From the IMG/VR virus record IMGVR_UViG_3300040801_002721: 64,000 nt of DNA. One strand, given 5' to 3'. Both the position numbers and the translations under genes were made by a program. This DNA is from a virus. Of the stretch, positions 18,734 through 27,821 are shown piece after piece. The notes beneath the pieces are model-generated. The model did no database searches, had not been told where the DNA came from, and saw only the letters and a program-made list of their open reading frames with translations. Position 1 is the first letter of the stretch. Every line of letters begins with the position of its first letter.

Positions 18734-18931
18734 ATGGCAACGTATCGCTGGCGGGTTGATATCATCGAATCTGAGCGCGGTTGGGGATCGAAACTCGACG
18801 ATGAGAAGTTCTTCGACACCGAGGCTGAAGCTCGGGCGTTCGTGGAGGACTACAACGCTGAGAATGACCTACCGTACGTCCCCGACTGGTATATGGCTGC
18901 AATGCCCCCAGTATGCGTTAGGGTCGACTAA
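18734..18931 (+). CDS. Small hypothetical early protein
   Basis: 65 aa, SD GGAGG, downstream of a sigma70 promoter. Confidence 0.7.
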   Translation: MATYRWRVDIIESERGWGSKLDDEKFFDTEAEARAFVEDYNAENDLPYVPDWYMAAMPPVCVRVD

Positions 18932-18936
18932 AGATG

Positions 18937-18965
18937 TTGCCCATCTGCTGCTGTTAGGGTATGAT
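18937..18965 (+). promoter_or_regulatory. Sigma70-like early promoter
   Basis: TTGCCC-N17-TATGAT. Confidence 0.7.
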
Positions 18966-18991
18966 GAGCTCATCTGTTTGAGGGAAGACCA

Positions 18992-20110
18992 ATGAACGAG
19001 AACAACCAGATCCGCCAGGCGTTTATCCGGTGGTTCAACAACGACTTCATGAACGATCCGCTGTACCGCGCGATGTGGAATACGGTCGAGGATTCGCCGT
19101 GGCATCGCGAGGCGAACGTCGGCGTCCACACGAACATGGTTGTGGGTGAGTACCTCGTCCGGACCGGTGAGGAGAGATGGTTCGATGTTCGTGGAGCGCT
19201 CGCATGTGCCTTCCATGACGTCGGTAAGCCGCCGTGCGAGATCACCAAGTTCCGTGAGGACCGTGGTGAGTACCGTGCATACCACGGACACGAGCTCGTG
19301 TCCGCACGACTGTGGGAGGACTGGGCGGTCCGTAACTGGGCAGTCCTTCGAGATCAGTTCGCACTGAGCGCCGAGTCGATCTACACGATCGGCTGGATGA
19401 TCGAGCACCACGTTCCGTGGGGTACGAAGAAGGACGCGAAGCTGGACGCACTCGCCGCAACCGCGTACGAGACGACCGTGTACGAACCGACGTGGCCGAA
19501 CGTACTCCGAGCGGACCAGTGGGGACGTATCAGCGATGACTCGCACGTGCGCTTCGAGCAGGCTGAGGAGTGGATCGAAGATCATTTCCTCCGTCGTCGG
19601 ACGCAGGAGTTTCGCTGGGTACCGTACAACCACGACAATGTGATCATGCTAATCGGCCCGCCGGGTGCAGGTAAGTCGACGTACCGACAGAAGCTGCTGG
19701 ATCAGCACGATGACGCTGTCGTGATCAGCATGGATGACCTCCGTGTTGAGTGGTACGGCGGTCCGTACGATCAGGCATTCGCCAAGGCTTCGAAGGATTC
19801 GTCCTTCAACGCCAAGGTGGATCAGGTCTACATCGATGCGCTTCGTAACCACAAGACGGTGATTCTGGACAACACGAACACGTCAGGCAAGGCTCGCAAG
19901 CGATGGATCGCTCCTGCACGAGCTCGTGACTTCCGCCTGACGGCAGTGCTGTTCCCGTCGACGTTGCAGCAGGTCCTTGATCGTCAGCGGACTCGTGACG
20001 ATAAGACGATCCCGGACAAGGTGGTTCGCGATATGTACAACCGTCTGTCGCTGCCGCTGTACGGCGACTTCGACACCATCACGGTGGTGGACTCAAACCT
20101 GCCCGCATAA
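18992..20110 (+). CDS. HD-domain phosphohydrolase fused to an AAA_33/polynucleotide-kinase-like P-loop domain
   Basis: SPWHREANVGVHT, AFHDVGKP, YHGHELVSA, EHH (CCA-enzyme-type HD); GPPGAGKST, ILDNTN, LDRQRTR (PNK-like kinase). Confidence 0.85.
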   Translation: MNENNQIRQAFIRWFNNDFMNDPLYRAMWNTVEDSPWHREANVGVHTNMVVGEYLVRTGEERWFDVRGALACAFHDVGKPPCEITKFREDRGEYRAYHGHELVSARLWEDWAVRNWAVLRDQFALSAESIYTIGWMIEHHVPWGTKKDAKLDALAATAYETTVYEPTWPNVLRADQWGRISDDSHVRFEQAEEWIEDHFLRRRTQEFRWVPYNHDNVIMLIGPPGAGKSTYRQKLLDQHDDAVVISMDDLRVEWYGGPYDQAFAKASKDSSFNAKVDQVYIDALRNHKTVILDNTNTSGKARKRWIAPARARDFRLTAVLFPSTLQQVLDRQRTRDDKTIPDKVVRDMYNRLSLPLYGDFDTITVVDSNLPA

Positions 20111-20118
20111 ATACCTGA

Positions 20119-20670
20119 ATGGACCTCAAGGTATTGCGCGGGCAGCGCATTCAAAATCAGCTCGACGAAGACTCAACGTACAATCAATTGTACACGGGGA
20201 TCGTACAGGGCTTTCCTGGCACACAGAAGCGACAGAACGCGACGGGCTCAGTAATTGTCCGTCGCGTGTCGTACGTTCCATATATCAACGATTCCGTACT
20301 CCGGGTCGAAAGTATAGTTAACAGTGGTCCGAACAAGTATGAACCTGTCATCATGTTTAGGGGTGTTGAGTTCAAGGATACGGCCGTCGGCAACGCTGTT
20401 ACGATTCGAGCTGCCGACGGCCAGGAGTACAATATCACGCCTATCTCACTGGCAGGCTCCCGGCTGAAAGTTCGCTGTGGTTGCCTCGACTTCTACCACC
20501 GTTTCAGCACGCAGAACTTTGCAGATGGTAGTCTGGAAGGAAACCCACCACCTCCGTATCAAGACAGAGATCCGAACAGAGGACCGGCGAATCCGACACA
20601 AACGCCCGGCGTTTGCAAGCATCTAATCAAGTTGGTGCAGGAGATGAAGAAGTCGGGGATCGTTACTTAA
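20119..20670 (+). CDS. SWIM-type zinc-finger protein
   Basis: KVRCGCLDF...PGVCKHLIKL (CxC...CxH); CATAAATA ends 5 nt before the ATG. Confidence 0.7.
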   Translation: MDLKVLRGQRIQNQLDEDSTYNQLYTGIVQGFPGTQKRQNATGSVIVRRVSYVPYINDSVLRVESIVNSGPNKYEPVIMFRGVEFKDTAVGNAVTIRAADGQEYNITPISLAGSRLKVRCGCLDFYHRFSTQNFADGSLEGNPPPPYQDRDPNRGPANPTQTPGVCKHLIKLVQEMKKSGIVT

Positions 20671-21586
20671 CGACCTTCCCGCCCCGCTTAAACTTTGGCG
20701 CTGGGGCGGTTGCTTTTTCTTCCTTGTGAAGACTCTCAAGTACAGCTTTTGCTCGAGCATCGCGTTCGTTATCCTTCTCGGCGATCGGGGTGGATGCCGG
20801 CTCTGGGGGGTTCTGTTTCACCACAGCAGCTGTTTGCTTCCTAGCCCTGGCGTGCTGTTGCGCGAGCTGCTGCTCGCGAAGTTTCTTACGTTCTGCTTCT
20901 TGTTTTTTGTGTTCGCGAATGATATTCTTAACTTTGCTATCATCGGTCTTGGCTAGTGCTGAAGCGCCTGTTTTCTGCTCTTCGGAGAGCAATTTCCTGG
21001 CAACCTTTCGCGCCTCGGCAAGAGGGTCAGCTTCTGGCTTAGCAACCGGCTCTGACTTGGCAACCGGCTTCTGTTCTTCGGTTACATCCTCGGACTTCGT
21101 TAGGCGAGAGATGATATCGCGTACTTGGTCACGAGTAACGTTGTCGCCCTCGTTCGCTGGCTCTTGGATTACACGACCGTTTGTTGAATCTACAGGCTCA
21201 ATCTTTTGCTCTGGTACTGGCTCAGACTTTTTCGGAGCTGGCTTCTCAACTTCTCGTGACTCAACGCGCATCTTCGCATCTTCAGTCTTGACATAGACCT
21301 CAGGCGACTTCTGTACGTTCAGTGTGCCACGGTGAGCTTCAAAATAGTAGCCGTCGATAACAGCTGTAACTTTGAACGTGTACGTACCAGCAGCCATAAA
21401 CTGCATCTTTGGAAGATCAATTCCCCATTTTGTGTCTTCTACGCGCTTGCAGTGAAACTGCATATCGAACGGCTGGGAACACACGCAGAAACATACTTTT
21501 GCATCACTGTCGTCGAGACCTTCGACCTGTAGGTCGAACTCAAAATAGTGTGGGCGACTGTTTGTGATCAAAAGATGTTCGTTCAT
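20663..21586 (-). CDS. Hypothetical late protein: N-terminal beta domain, charged low-complexity C-terminus
   Basis: 307 aa; minus-strand CATAAATA at 21609-21616 and SD AAGAGG. Confidence 0.7.
   Translation of the reverse strand: MNEHLLITNSRPHYFEFDLQVEGLDDSDAKVCFCVCSQPFDMQFHCKRVEDTKWGIDLPKMQFMAAGTYTFKVTAVIDGYYFEAHRGTLNVQKSPEVYVKTEDAKMRVESREVEKPAPKKSEPVPEQKIEPVDSTNGRVIQEPANEGDNVTRDQVRDIISRLTKSEDVTEEQKPVAKSEPVAKPEADPLAEARKVARKLLSEEQKTGASALAKTDDSKVKNIIREHKKQEAERKKLREQQLAQQHARARKQTAAVVKQNPPEPASTPIAEKDNERDARAKAVLESLHKEEKATAPAPKFKRGGKVVK
20679..20720 (+). terminator. Probable terminator at the junction of convergent genes
   Basis: CCGCCCC...GGGGCGG inverted repeat followed by TTGCTTTTTCT; lies within the 3' end of the opposite-strand ORF. 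Confidence 0.5.
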
Positions 21587-21622
21587 GGTGAGCCTCTTAT
21601 ACAGGATGTATTTATGCGGGTC

Positions 21623-22075
21623 TTATCTCTTCTTCCGGAAGTTCAATGCGCGAACAACGTTTTTGGACATACGAGTAAAGTTTGAAGCTGTAGCACGAAA
21701 CTTCTCTTCCGTCTTGTTGAGGAAGTTTATTATACGTACAACCATATTAGCTCTTCGAGGTGTAACAAGGTATTCTTTCTCTGTTTCAAAATCGCCAAGC
21801 TTCACGCGAATTACAACACTTCTAGCATCGTTGAAGAGTTTACGATCTTCGGGACGGACGAGATATGACGGCTCGCCAACAGGCTGATATAGATCGTGGA
21901 TAGCACCTGGCGCAAGAGGGTAGCTACCACCTGTCGGTCCAACAGGTTTGACCACAATCTCAAAGCAACCTGCAAGACTGAAGATGTTAGCTGTTATCAA
22001 CCCACCACTGCATGCTGGCAAGCAGCTAATGCCACCAGTAATGATCTGGGTGCGAACTTGCGCGGGCGTCAACAT
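21623..22075 (-). CDS. Hypothetical virion-associated protein
   Basis: 150 aa ORF translationally coupled to 22075-22653. Confidence 0.65.
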   Translation of the reverse strand: MLTPAQVRTQIITGGISCLPACSGGLITANIFSLAGCFEIVVKPVGPTGGSYPLAPGAIHDLYQPVGEPSYLVRPEDRKLFNDARSVVIRVKLGDFETEKEYLVTPRRANMVVRIINFLNKTEEKFRATASNFTRMSKNVVRALNFRKKR

Positions 22076-22653
22076 TACGGCTGCGGATCTCTCTCACAAA
22101 CCTCAGAAGTGCTGCCAACACCCGAGCTATCCTTCAGATCAAACACAGTCAGTGGTGTAATACCATCGTCATCAAACACAGTAAGCGTTTGCGCGGTCGT
22201 GTCGATACGTGTGCGGTTTGTTGAGTATTTGCGTACAGTGTCGATCAGAGCCTCGACTGTAGCGACATCAATCAACAATTGCTGCACATTATTGAATGTC
22301 GCATTGTGACGCCCACCCATGGTGTTGATGTCAAGGTAGTCAGATTGATCTGCTTCCCATACACCATCAGCAACTTCTTCGGGCTCCGCGGCGCAGCAGG
22401 CACCTTCTTGAAAGCGCTCATAAGGACTGGAAATAGTTACGCCTCCATCTGCGTCGTAGACGAAGTCTTCGCGCGGATCGTATCCATTTGCATCAGTGAA
22501 TTCGTACTTGTACCACCCGTTCGCAACTTCAACCATGACTCCGTCATCCACAACAAGCGTATCATCGCTTAAACGATAGATGTCAATTGTAGGAGACAGA
22601 CCTGTTACAGGCGTGCCATTGTTGCGAAACCTGGCAGCTATGACTTTTGGCAT
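22075..22653 (-). CDS. Hypothetical virion protein, Ig-like N-terminus
   Basis: TPVTGLSPTIDIYRL...NGWYKYEF; minus-strand TATAAATA at 22687-22694. Confidence 0.65.
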   Translation of the reverse strand: MPKVIAARFRNNGTPVTGLSPTIDIYRLSDDTLVVDDGVMVEVANGWYKYEFTDANGYDPREDFVYDADGGVTISSPYERFQEGACCAAEPEEVADGVWEADQSDYLDINTMGGRHNATFNNVQQLLIDVATVEALIDTVRKYSTNRTRIDTTAQTLTVFDDDGITPLTVFDLKDSSGVGSTSEVCERDPQP

Positions 22654-22686
22654 AACCTATTGTGCTCCGTCGATCGCTCTGAAGCG

Positions 22687-22721
22687 TATTTATATCACCT
22701 TCCAAACGCGCTTCATAAATA
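22687..22721. promoter_or_regulatory. Back-to-back divergent late promoters
   Basis: TATTTATA at 22687-22694 (minus-strand TATAAATA) and CATAAATA at 22714-22721 (plus). Confidence 0.75.
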
Positions 22722-22758
22722 GAGGAAACAACCCATACGTCGACCCGGGAGTGATATA

Positions 22759-23004
22759 ATGCCTAAGTTTTCGCTGCTCGCTGCGCTAGATAAGCAGGCT
22801 GCAGAGGACAAAAACAAAGACCCAAATGCCCCAAACATCGTCTATGAGAGATACGAGATTGATGTTCGCGGCAAGCCGATGGGGGTATTAATTCCTGAGC
22901 GTGAAGTCGACAACTTCGAGGCGACTCTATCGGAAGCTGGTGAAATCTCATCACATCAACTAACAAAGATTGTCCGAGCGCATCGCGGCATCGTAGAACG
23001 ATAA
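22759..23004 (+). CDS. Small hypothetical late protein
   Basis: 81 aa, SD GGGAG, late promoter upstream. Confidence 0.7.
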   Translation: MPKFSLLAALDKQAAEDKNKDPNAPNIVYERYEIDVRGKPMGVLIPEREVDNFEATLSEAGEISSHQLTKIVRAHRGIVER

Positions 23005-23018
23005 CCATAAGGTAGACC

Positions 23019-23504
23019 ATGTCAGGAGTAGTACTACTAAGACCAACGGGTGGTGGAAGCAGCACAGGATCGGGCGTCACGATTAGCACGATCAATGGAC
23101 AGCCCGTTCCAACATTCGAAGATCCAACACGAAGCAAGCAACTAAGCATCGCCGACCAACCTGTCACTTGGTCTGAAAACAGACTGACAGATAGAGACTG
23201 GCTACAAGTTGGTAATGCTGGTGATGCTGATAGCGGTTACATCGCCGACTTAAATGGCACCATTGTTGGTTGTGTTGGCCAGTGCGAAGACGCTGGAAGT
23301 AACCAAAAAGAAATTCACGTATACGTAAACGGCACGGATGTTGGGACATTGGGTATTTTAGGTCCGGGTTCAGGCGTCTCCTTCATAAATAACCTTGTAG
23401 ACATTGATTTCAGTCGTGGAGACCTAATTCGCTTACGCGCAATTGACAGCAGCGGGGCCATCCAAGACACCATTGTAAAACTTACGCTTAAATGGAGAGC
23501 ATAA
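23019..23504 (+). CDS. Stand-alone fibre-tip-like domain, paralogous to the C-terminus of 23505-26357
   Basis: EDPTRSKQLSI..WSEN..DWLQVGNA..SGY...LKWRA versus EDTTRANKVLSI..WSEN..DWVQVGNA..SGY...LKWRG. Confidence 0.75.
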   Translation: MSGVVLLRPTGGGSSTGSGVTISTINGQPVPTFEDPTRSKQLSIADQPVTWSENRLTDRDWLQVGNAGDADSGYIADLNGTIVGCVGQCEDAGSNQKEIHVYVNGTDVGTLGILGPGSGVSFINNLVDIDFSRGDLIRLRAIDSSGAIQDTIVKLTLKWRA

Positions 23505-26357
23505 ATGAGTTTCATCGTCCGTAACCTTACAGGTTCAGCAATTTCAATCGACGATCTGGGTCTAACACTCCCAGCATCAGCCGACGTCGACATCGCTTCA
23601 GAACAACCACAAGACGTCGCCCTGTCAGATGATCTCGTCGCCGCGATTCAGGCCAACAGCGTTGTTGTCCTCGATCCACTCGACGGCACGACGCCCCTGA
23701 ACGCCGCCCAGAGTGAAGAAATTGTTCGTGTACATAACGACCCCCATTACCGAATCCGGGGCGGCGCTCTTAACCAGCTCGAGGATGTTGATACGACGGG
23801 CGCAGGACCTAACGACGTTCTCCAACTCAACGGTTCAGGCACGTATGTTCCTGTAACGCCTTCTTCTCTTGCAAGCAACATCAGCCTCGATGACCTAAGT
23901 GACGTTGACGATCCGACACCTCACACACTTGACACAATCTATGTGTTCAAGGGTGATGGTACGAACCTGGATGTAATCGACGCTGCCGCTGATCCAGAAT
24001 TCGCAGAAACGATCGAAGACATTGTTGGAGCGGCGTTCACTGACGGTACCGATACGACATTCGTTTACGACGACGCCAACGGTACTCTCCAGGTCGACGT
24101 TGATGACGTGTTCTTGCGCAACACTGGCGATACGCTCGACAGCGGCACGCTTACAGTTGCGTCTGGCGCAGCAATCAACGTCGCGACCGGCGGCACACTT
24201 ACAATCCAAGATGATCCTATCAACCCCAAGGATGCTGCTAACAAAGAATACGTTGACAGTGTTGCTTCGGGTCTGGATCCTAAAGAATCCGTTCGCGTTG
24301 CTACGACGCCTGCAGGCGGTGATATCGGTGGTACATACAACTCAGCAGGCGGTACGGGTGGTACCGGTAATTTCACAAACGTTGATCTAACATCCGATAC
24401 AATCTTCGATGGTGTGCCTTCTGGCGTTGGTGCTCTACAAGTTGGCGATCGTATCCTCATCAAGAACCAGACGAACGCTACAGAGAACGGTATCTACGTT
24501 GTAACTGTTGCTGGCGCGTCGGGTGCTATTGAGCGTGCTCCTGACCACGATGCGACACCTTCCAACGAGGTATCTGCTGGTAACTTCACATTCGTCGAGA
24601 ATGGTACCGTCAACGCAGGCACGGGTTGGGTTCTTCAGGGCGACGGCGAACAAACACTCAACACAGACCCAATTAACTGGGCACAGTTCAGCGAGAGCAC
24701 AACTCTAACCGCTGGTGAAGGTCTGTCGCAAAGTGGTAGTACAATCGATCTAGATGTTGATGATCTGACAGTTGCGTCAATCGTCAGCACAGACTTCATC
24801 GCGTTCCACGATGCTAATGGTGCTGCACAACCATCTGGATCACAGACGTACAAGATTTCCGCAGCTAACTTCATCAGCGATCTTGGTATTCTAACAGGTG
24901 GTCCTGGCGGCGCTCTGACAGCTTCCGATGGTGTCCTAATCACAGCTGGTAATGATATTCAGCTTGACATCACAGGCCTCACAAACACCCCTGTGACGGC
25001 AGCCGATGAGCTTGTATTTGACGACGGTGCTTCTGGCTCGCACATTAAGCGTACGGCAGGTCAGTTCCTCGACGATCTCGACGTCGTCCGCAACATCGGC
25101 GGTAATGGTTTTGCTGTACAGACAGCACCAGACACATATACAGCTCGCTCCATTGCTGTAGATGGTCTCGGCAACCGCGACGGTCTCGCTGTTACAAACG
25201 GCGACGGTGTCGCTGGCAACCCAACGATCGGTCTTGATATCCAAAACCTGCCTATTCAGACAGGAATTTCGACAACCGACCGTGTTGCTGTATATGATGT
25301 AACAGCAGACGCTAACGTTTACTACACAGTTGGCGACATTGCCGGATCTCTCGCAAACGTTAACTCATTTGAAACTTGGAGTGCGGCGGGTAACACGACT
25401 GGTGATGCAAACATTGTTGCTGACACTGCTACCGACACCGTAACACTCACGGGCGGTGATGGTGTAAACATCGACTTCAACTCGGCATCCGATACTCTGA
25501 TCTTCTCGCTGACAAATGGTGGTCTCGCGGACACAGCCGTAACAGCAGCAGACACAGTTCCGTTCTTCGACGCTTCCAACTCCGATGAGCCAGAGTTCCG
25601 TTCATTCGGCGACATCTTCGATGATCTCGATGTTGTCAACGGCATCACAGCTGACGGTATTCTTGTTCGTACGGCAGCAGACACATATGCTTCTCGCACA
25701 ATCGAAGCTTCTGCAGCTGCCGGTGAAGAAGGTCTCACTGTTACAAACGGCGATGGTGTTGCTGGTAATCCAACTGTTGGCCTGGATATCGACAACCTCA
25801 CAGATAGCGCTGACGACATGGCAGCAACTGATGAGTTTGTCGCATTCGATGGTACCAACAACGTCTCGATGTCTGGTCAGCAAGTTGCTGATGGCGTATC
25901 GACAATCCTAGGTCTAGGCGGACTAACGATCACAACGATTGGTGGTCAGGAAGTTCTAACGCTTGAAGACACGACACGAGCTAACAAAGTGCTATCGATT
26001 GAAACAACAGCAGTCCACTGGTCCGAGAACGTCATTGGTAACAACGACTGGGTTCAGGTCGGTAACGCTGTCGATGCTCTAAGCGGCTACGTTGTTCCTC
26101 TTAACGCTACGATTGTTAAGGTGTCGATGCATACAGAGGATGATAACAACAACTCGAAGGGCATTGATCTGTACATCGACGGTGTTAACACCGGTAACAT
26201 CGCAGCGTTCACGGCCGTGAACGGTGAGAATGAAGTTACGGACGTGACGCTTAACATTGATGTCAACGCAGGTCAGAAACTACGCTTGCGTGGTGATGCG
26301 TCGAGTGGTTCGATTGGTGACACAGTAATCACAGTTTGGCTCAAGTGGAGAGGTTAA
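23505..26357 (+). CDS. Tail/head fibre protein
   Basis: DAANKEYVD, DPKESVR...VGDRILIKNQ...NGIYVV module, repeated VTNGDGVAGNPT and LDDLSDVD motifs typical of trimeric fibres. Confidence 0.8.
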   Translation: MSFIVRNLTGSAISIDDLGLTLPASADVDIASEQPQDVALSDDLVAAIQANSVVVLDPLDGTTPLNAAQSEEIVRVHNDPHYRIRGGALNQLEDVDTTGAGPNDVLQLNGSGTYVPVTPSSLASNISLDDLSDVDDPTPHTLDTIYVFKGDGTNLDVIDAAADPEFAETIEDIVGAAFTDGTDTTFVYDDANGTLQVDVDDVFLRNTGDTLDSGTLTVASGAAINVATGGTLTIQDDPINPKDAANKEYVDSVASGLDPKESVRVATTPAGGDIGGTYNSAGGTGGTGNFTNVDLTSDTIFDGVPSGVGALQVGDRILIKNQTNATENGIYVVTVAGASGAIERAPDHDATPSNEVSAGNFTFVENGTVNAGTGWVLQGDGEQTLNTDPINWAQFSESTTLTAGEGLSQSGSTIDLDVDDLTVASIVSTDFIAFHDANGAAQPSGSQTYKISAANFISDLGILTGGPGGALTASDGVLITAGNDIQLDITGLTNTPVTAADELVFDDGASGSHIKRTAGQFLDDLDVVRNIGGNGFAVQTAPDTYTARSIAVDGLGNRDGLAVTNGDGVAGNPTIGLDIQNLPIQTGISTTDRVAVYDVTADANVYYTVGDIAGSLANVNSFETWSAAGNTTGDANIVADTATDTVTLTGGDGVNIDFNSASDTLIFSLTNGGLADTAVTAADTVPFFDASNSDEPEFRSFGDIFDDLDVVNGITADGILVRTAADTYASRTIEASAAAGEEGLTVTNGDGVAGNPTVGLDIDNLTDSADDMAATDEFVAFDGTNNVSMSGQQVADGVSTILGLGGLTITTIGGQEVLTLEDTTRANKVLSIETTAVHWSENVIGNNDWVQVGNAVDALSGYVVPLNATIVKVSMHTEDDNNNSKGIDLYIDGVNTGNIAAFTAVNGENEVTDVTLNIDVNAGQKLRLRGDASSGSIGDTVITVWLKWRG

Positions 26358-26374
26358 TCTGACAGGTTAACCTC

Positions 26375-26410
26375 TTACTCTCCTAAATACGATATACAGA
26401 CGGAGAGTAA
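26375..26410 (+). promoter_or_regulatory. Late promoter in the loop of an RBS-sequestering inverted repeat
   Basis: TTACTCTCC (26375-83), TAAATA (26384-89), GGAGAGTAA (26402-10, contains the SD of GTG 26417). Confidence 0.7.
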
Positions 26411-26416
26411 CAAAAC

Positions 26417-27820
26417 GTGTTCATAATTCGGAATATCGCCGCCAGCCTCGTAATACTCGATGATTTGGGTATCGAGCTGCAGCCAGCTGAAGAATACAAC
26501 TTCTCGGAGAACGAGAGTCCTAACGACGTTCAGGTCAGTCAGGATCTCCGCGATCGCATTAATGCGGGCGATATCGTTGTACTCGATCCACTTGACAATG
26601 TGACGGCTCTCAACACTGTTCGGAGCCTCGAGGTTGTTGAGTTAGCTAACTCCCCAAATTACCGCATTTTCGGCGCCGATCTCAACCAGCTCGAAGACGT
26701 GACGGTTTCGTCACCGGTTAACGAGCAGTTTCTTCGTTATAATGGCGCGCAGTGGGTAAACGAAACGATTGACATGACAGCAGCAGATTTGGCTTCTGTT
26801 GTTGTTGGACTCAACGCCGACCAGGCAATACCGACGACGTTTACAAATGTAGATTGGGACATCACCCACGTCGAAAATGATACAACCGTTCTCGAAAGAG
26901 ACCTACCTACCAACCCAGATCGCATTCTGATAAAAGAAACAGGTCTGTACTTTCTTGCGTTTTCAATATCCTTCAATGCCGACGCAGGAGAGGAAAACAT
27001 TGAAGGTCGCTTTGTTATTGACGACACGACAGTTGTTCCTGGTAGCCGAAGATTAGCGAGTGAAGATGATGAAATCAATGATCTCAGCAACATAATCGTA
27101 GCAGAGCTTACGGCTGGCACTTATATGACTCTTCAAGTACAAGCTTCTGGTGCCGGTAACCTACTCGAACAGTCGTCGACCGTTATGATTACACGAGCAC
27201 GTGGTATACAAGGGCCACAAGGTCCCACGGGTGCTGGTAGTACAATCATTGTAGAAGACGAAGGAGTAACAGTTCCGGGCGGACCTCACAACACGCTAAA
27301 CTTCGTCGGTCCGGGCGTAGTTGTAACGGACGCCGGTAGTGGCGTGGCGGCAGTAACGATCACGGGCACGGAACAATCCCATTTGTTGCGAACAAATGGG
27401 ATTACTACTCAGACATTTAACACGACCTCAATCACCGTGTTGTTTGGTACAAGCGTACGTACAGACACAGAATTTTCGTACAACGCTGGTGTTGTCACCG
27501 TTAGTGAAGCGGGTTGGTACGATATTGTGTATGACATCACCACGCAAGCAACAACAGGCACAGGATTTTTCTCAACAGCCCAAGCAACAGCCCAGGCGTC
27601 TATTTTCATAAATGGAGTAGAAGACACAGATACAAGAGCATATGGGTGGCATCACGCGTCCGCTGGTACCACAACTACGTTCTCGGGCCGCCTGAAAGCT
27701 AACCTGGCAGCTAACGATGATATAGAAGTGCGCATTATACGGTCAGGTGGAGATAACTTGGGACTACAAACACTAGCACAGGGATGTCGATTGGCCATTC
27801 AATCGATCGACGCACCATAA
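26417..27820 (+). CDS. Fibre/adhesin with two C1q/BclA-like domains and a short collagen motif
   Basis: N-terminus paralogous to 23505 (IRN..SL.ILDDLGIEL); GIQGPQGPTGAG; ILIKETGLY..F and TVSEAGWYDIVY strands. Confidence 0.65.
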   Translation: MFIIRNIAASLVILDDLGIELQPAEEYNFSENESPNDVQVSQDLRDRINAGDIVVLDPLDNVTALNTVRSLEVVELANSPNYRIFGADLNQLEDVTVSSPVNEQFLRYNGAQWVNETIDMTAADLASVVVGLNADQAIPTTFTNVDWDITHVENDTTVLERDLPTNPDRILIKETGLYFLAFSISFNADAGEENIEGRFVIDDTTVVPGSRRLASEDDEINDLSNIIVAELTAGTYMTLQVQASGAGNLLEQSSTVMITRARGIQGPQGPTGAGSTIIVEDEGVTVPGGPHNTLNFVGPGVVVTDAGSGVAAVTITGTEQSHLLRTNGITTQTFNTTSITVLFGTSVRTDTEFSYNAGVVTVSEAGWYDIVYDITTQATTGTGFFSTAQATAQASIFINGVEDTDTRAYGWHHASAGTTTTFSGRLKANLAANDDIEVRIIRSGGDNLGLQTLAQGCRLAIQSIDAP

Positions 27821-27821
27821 T

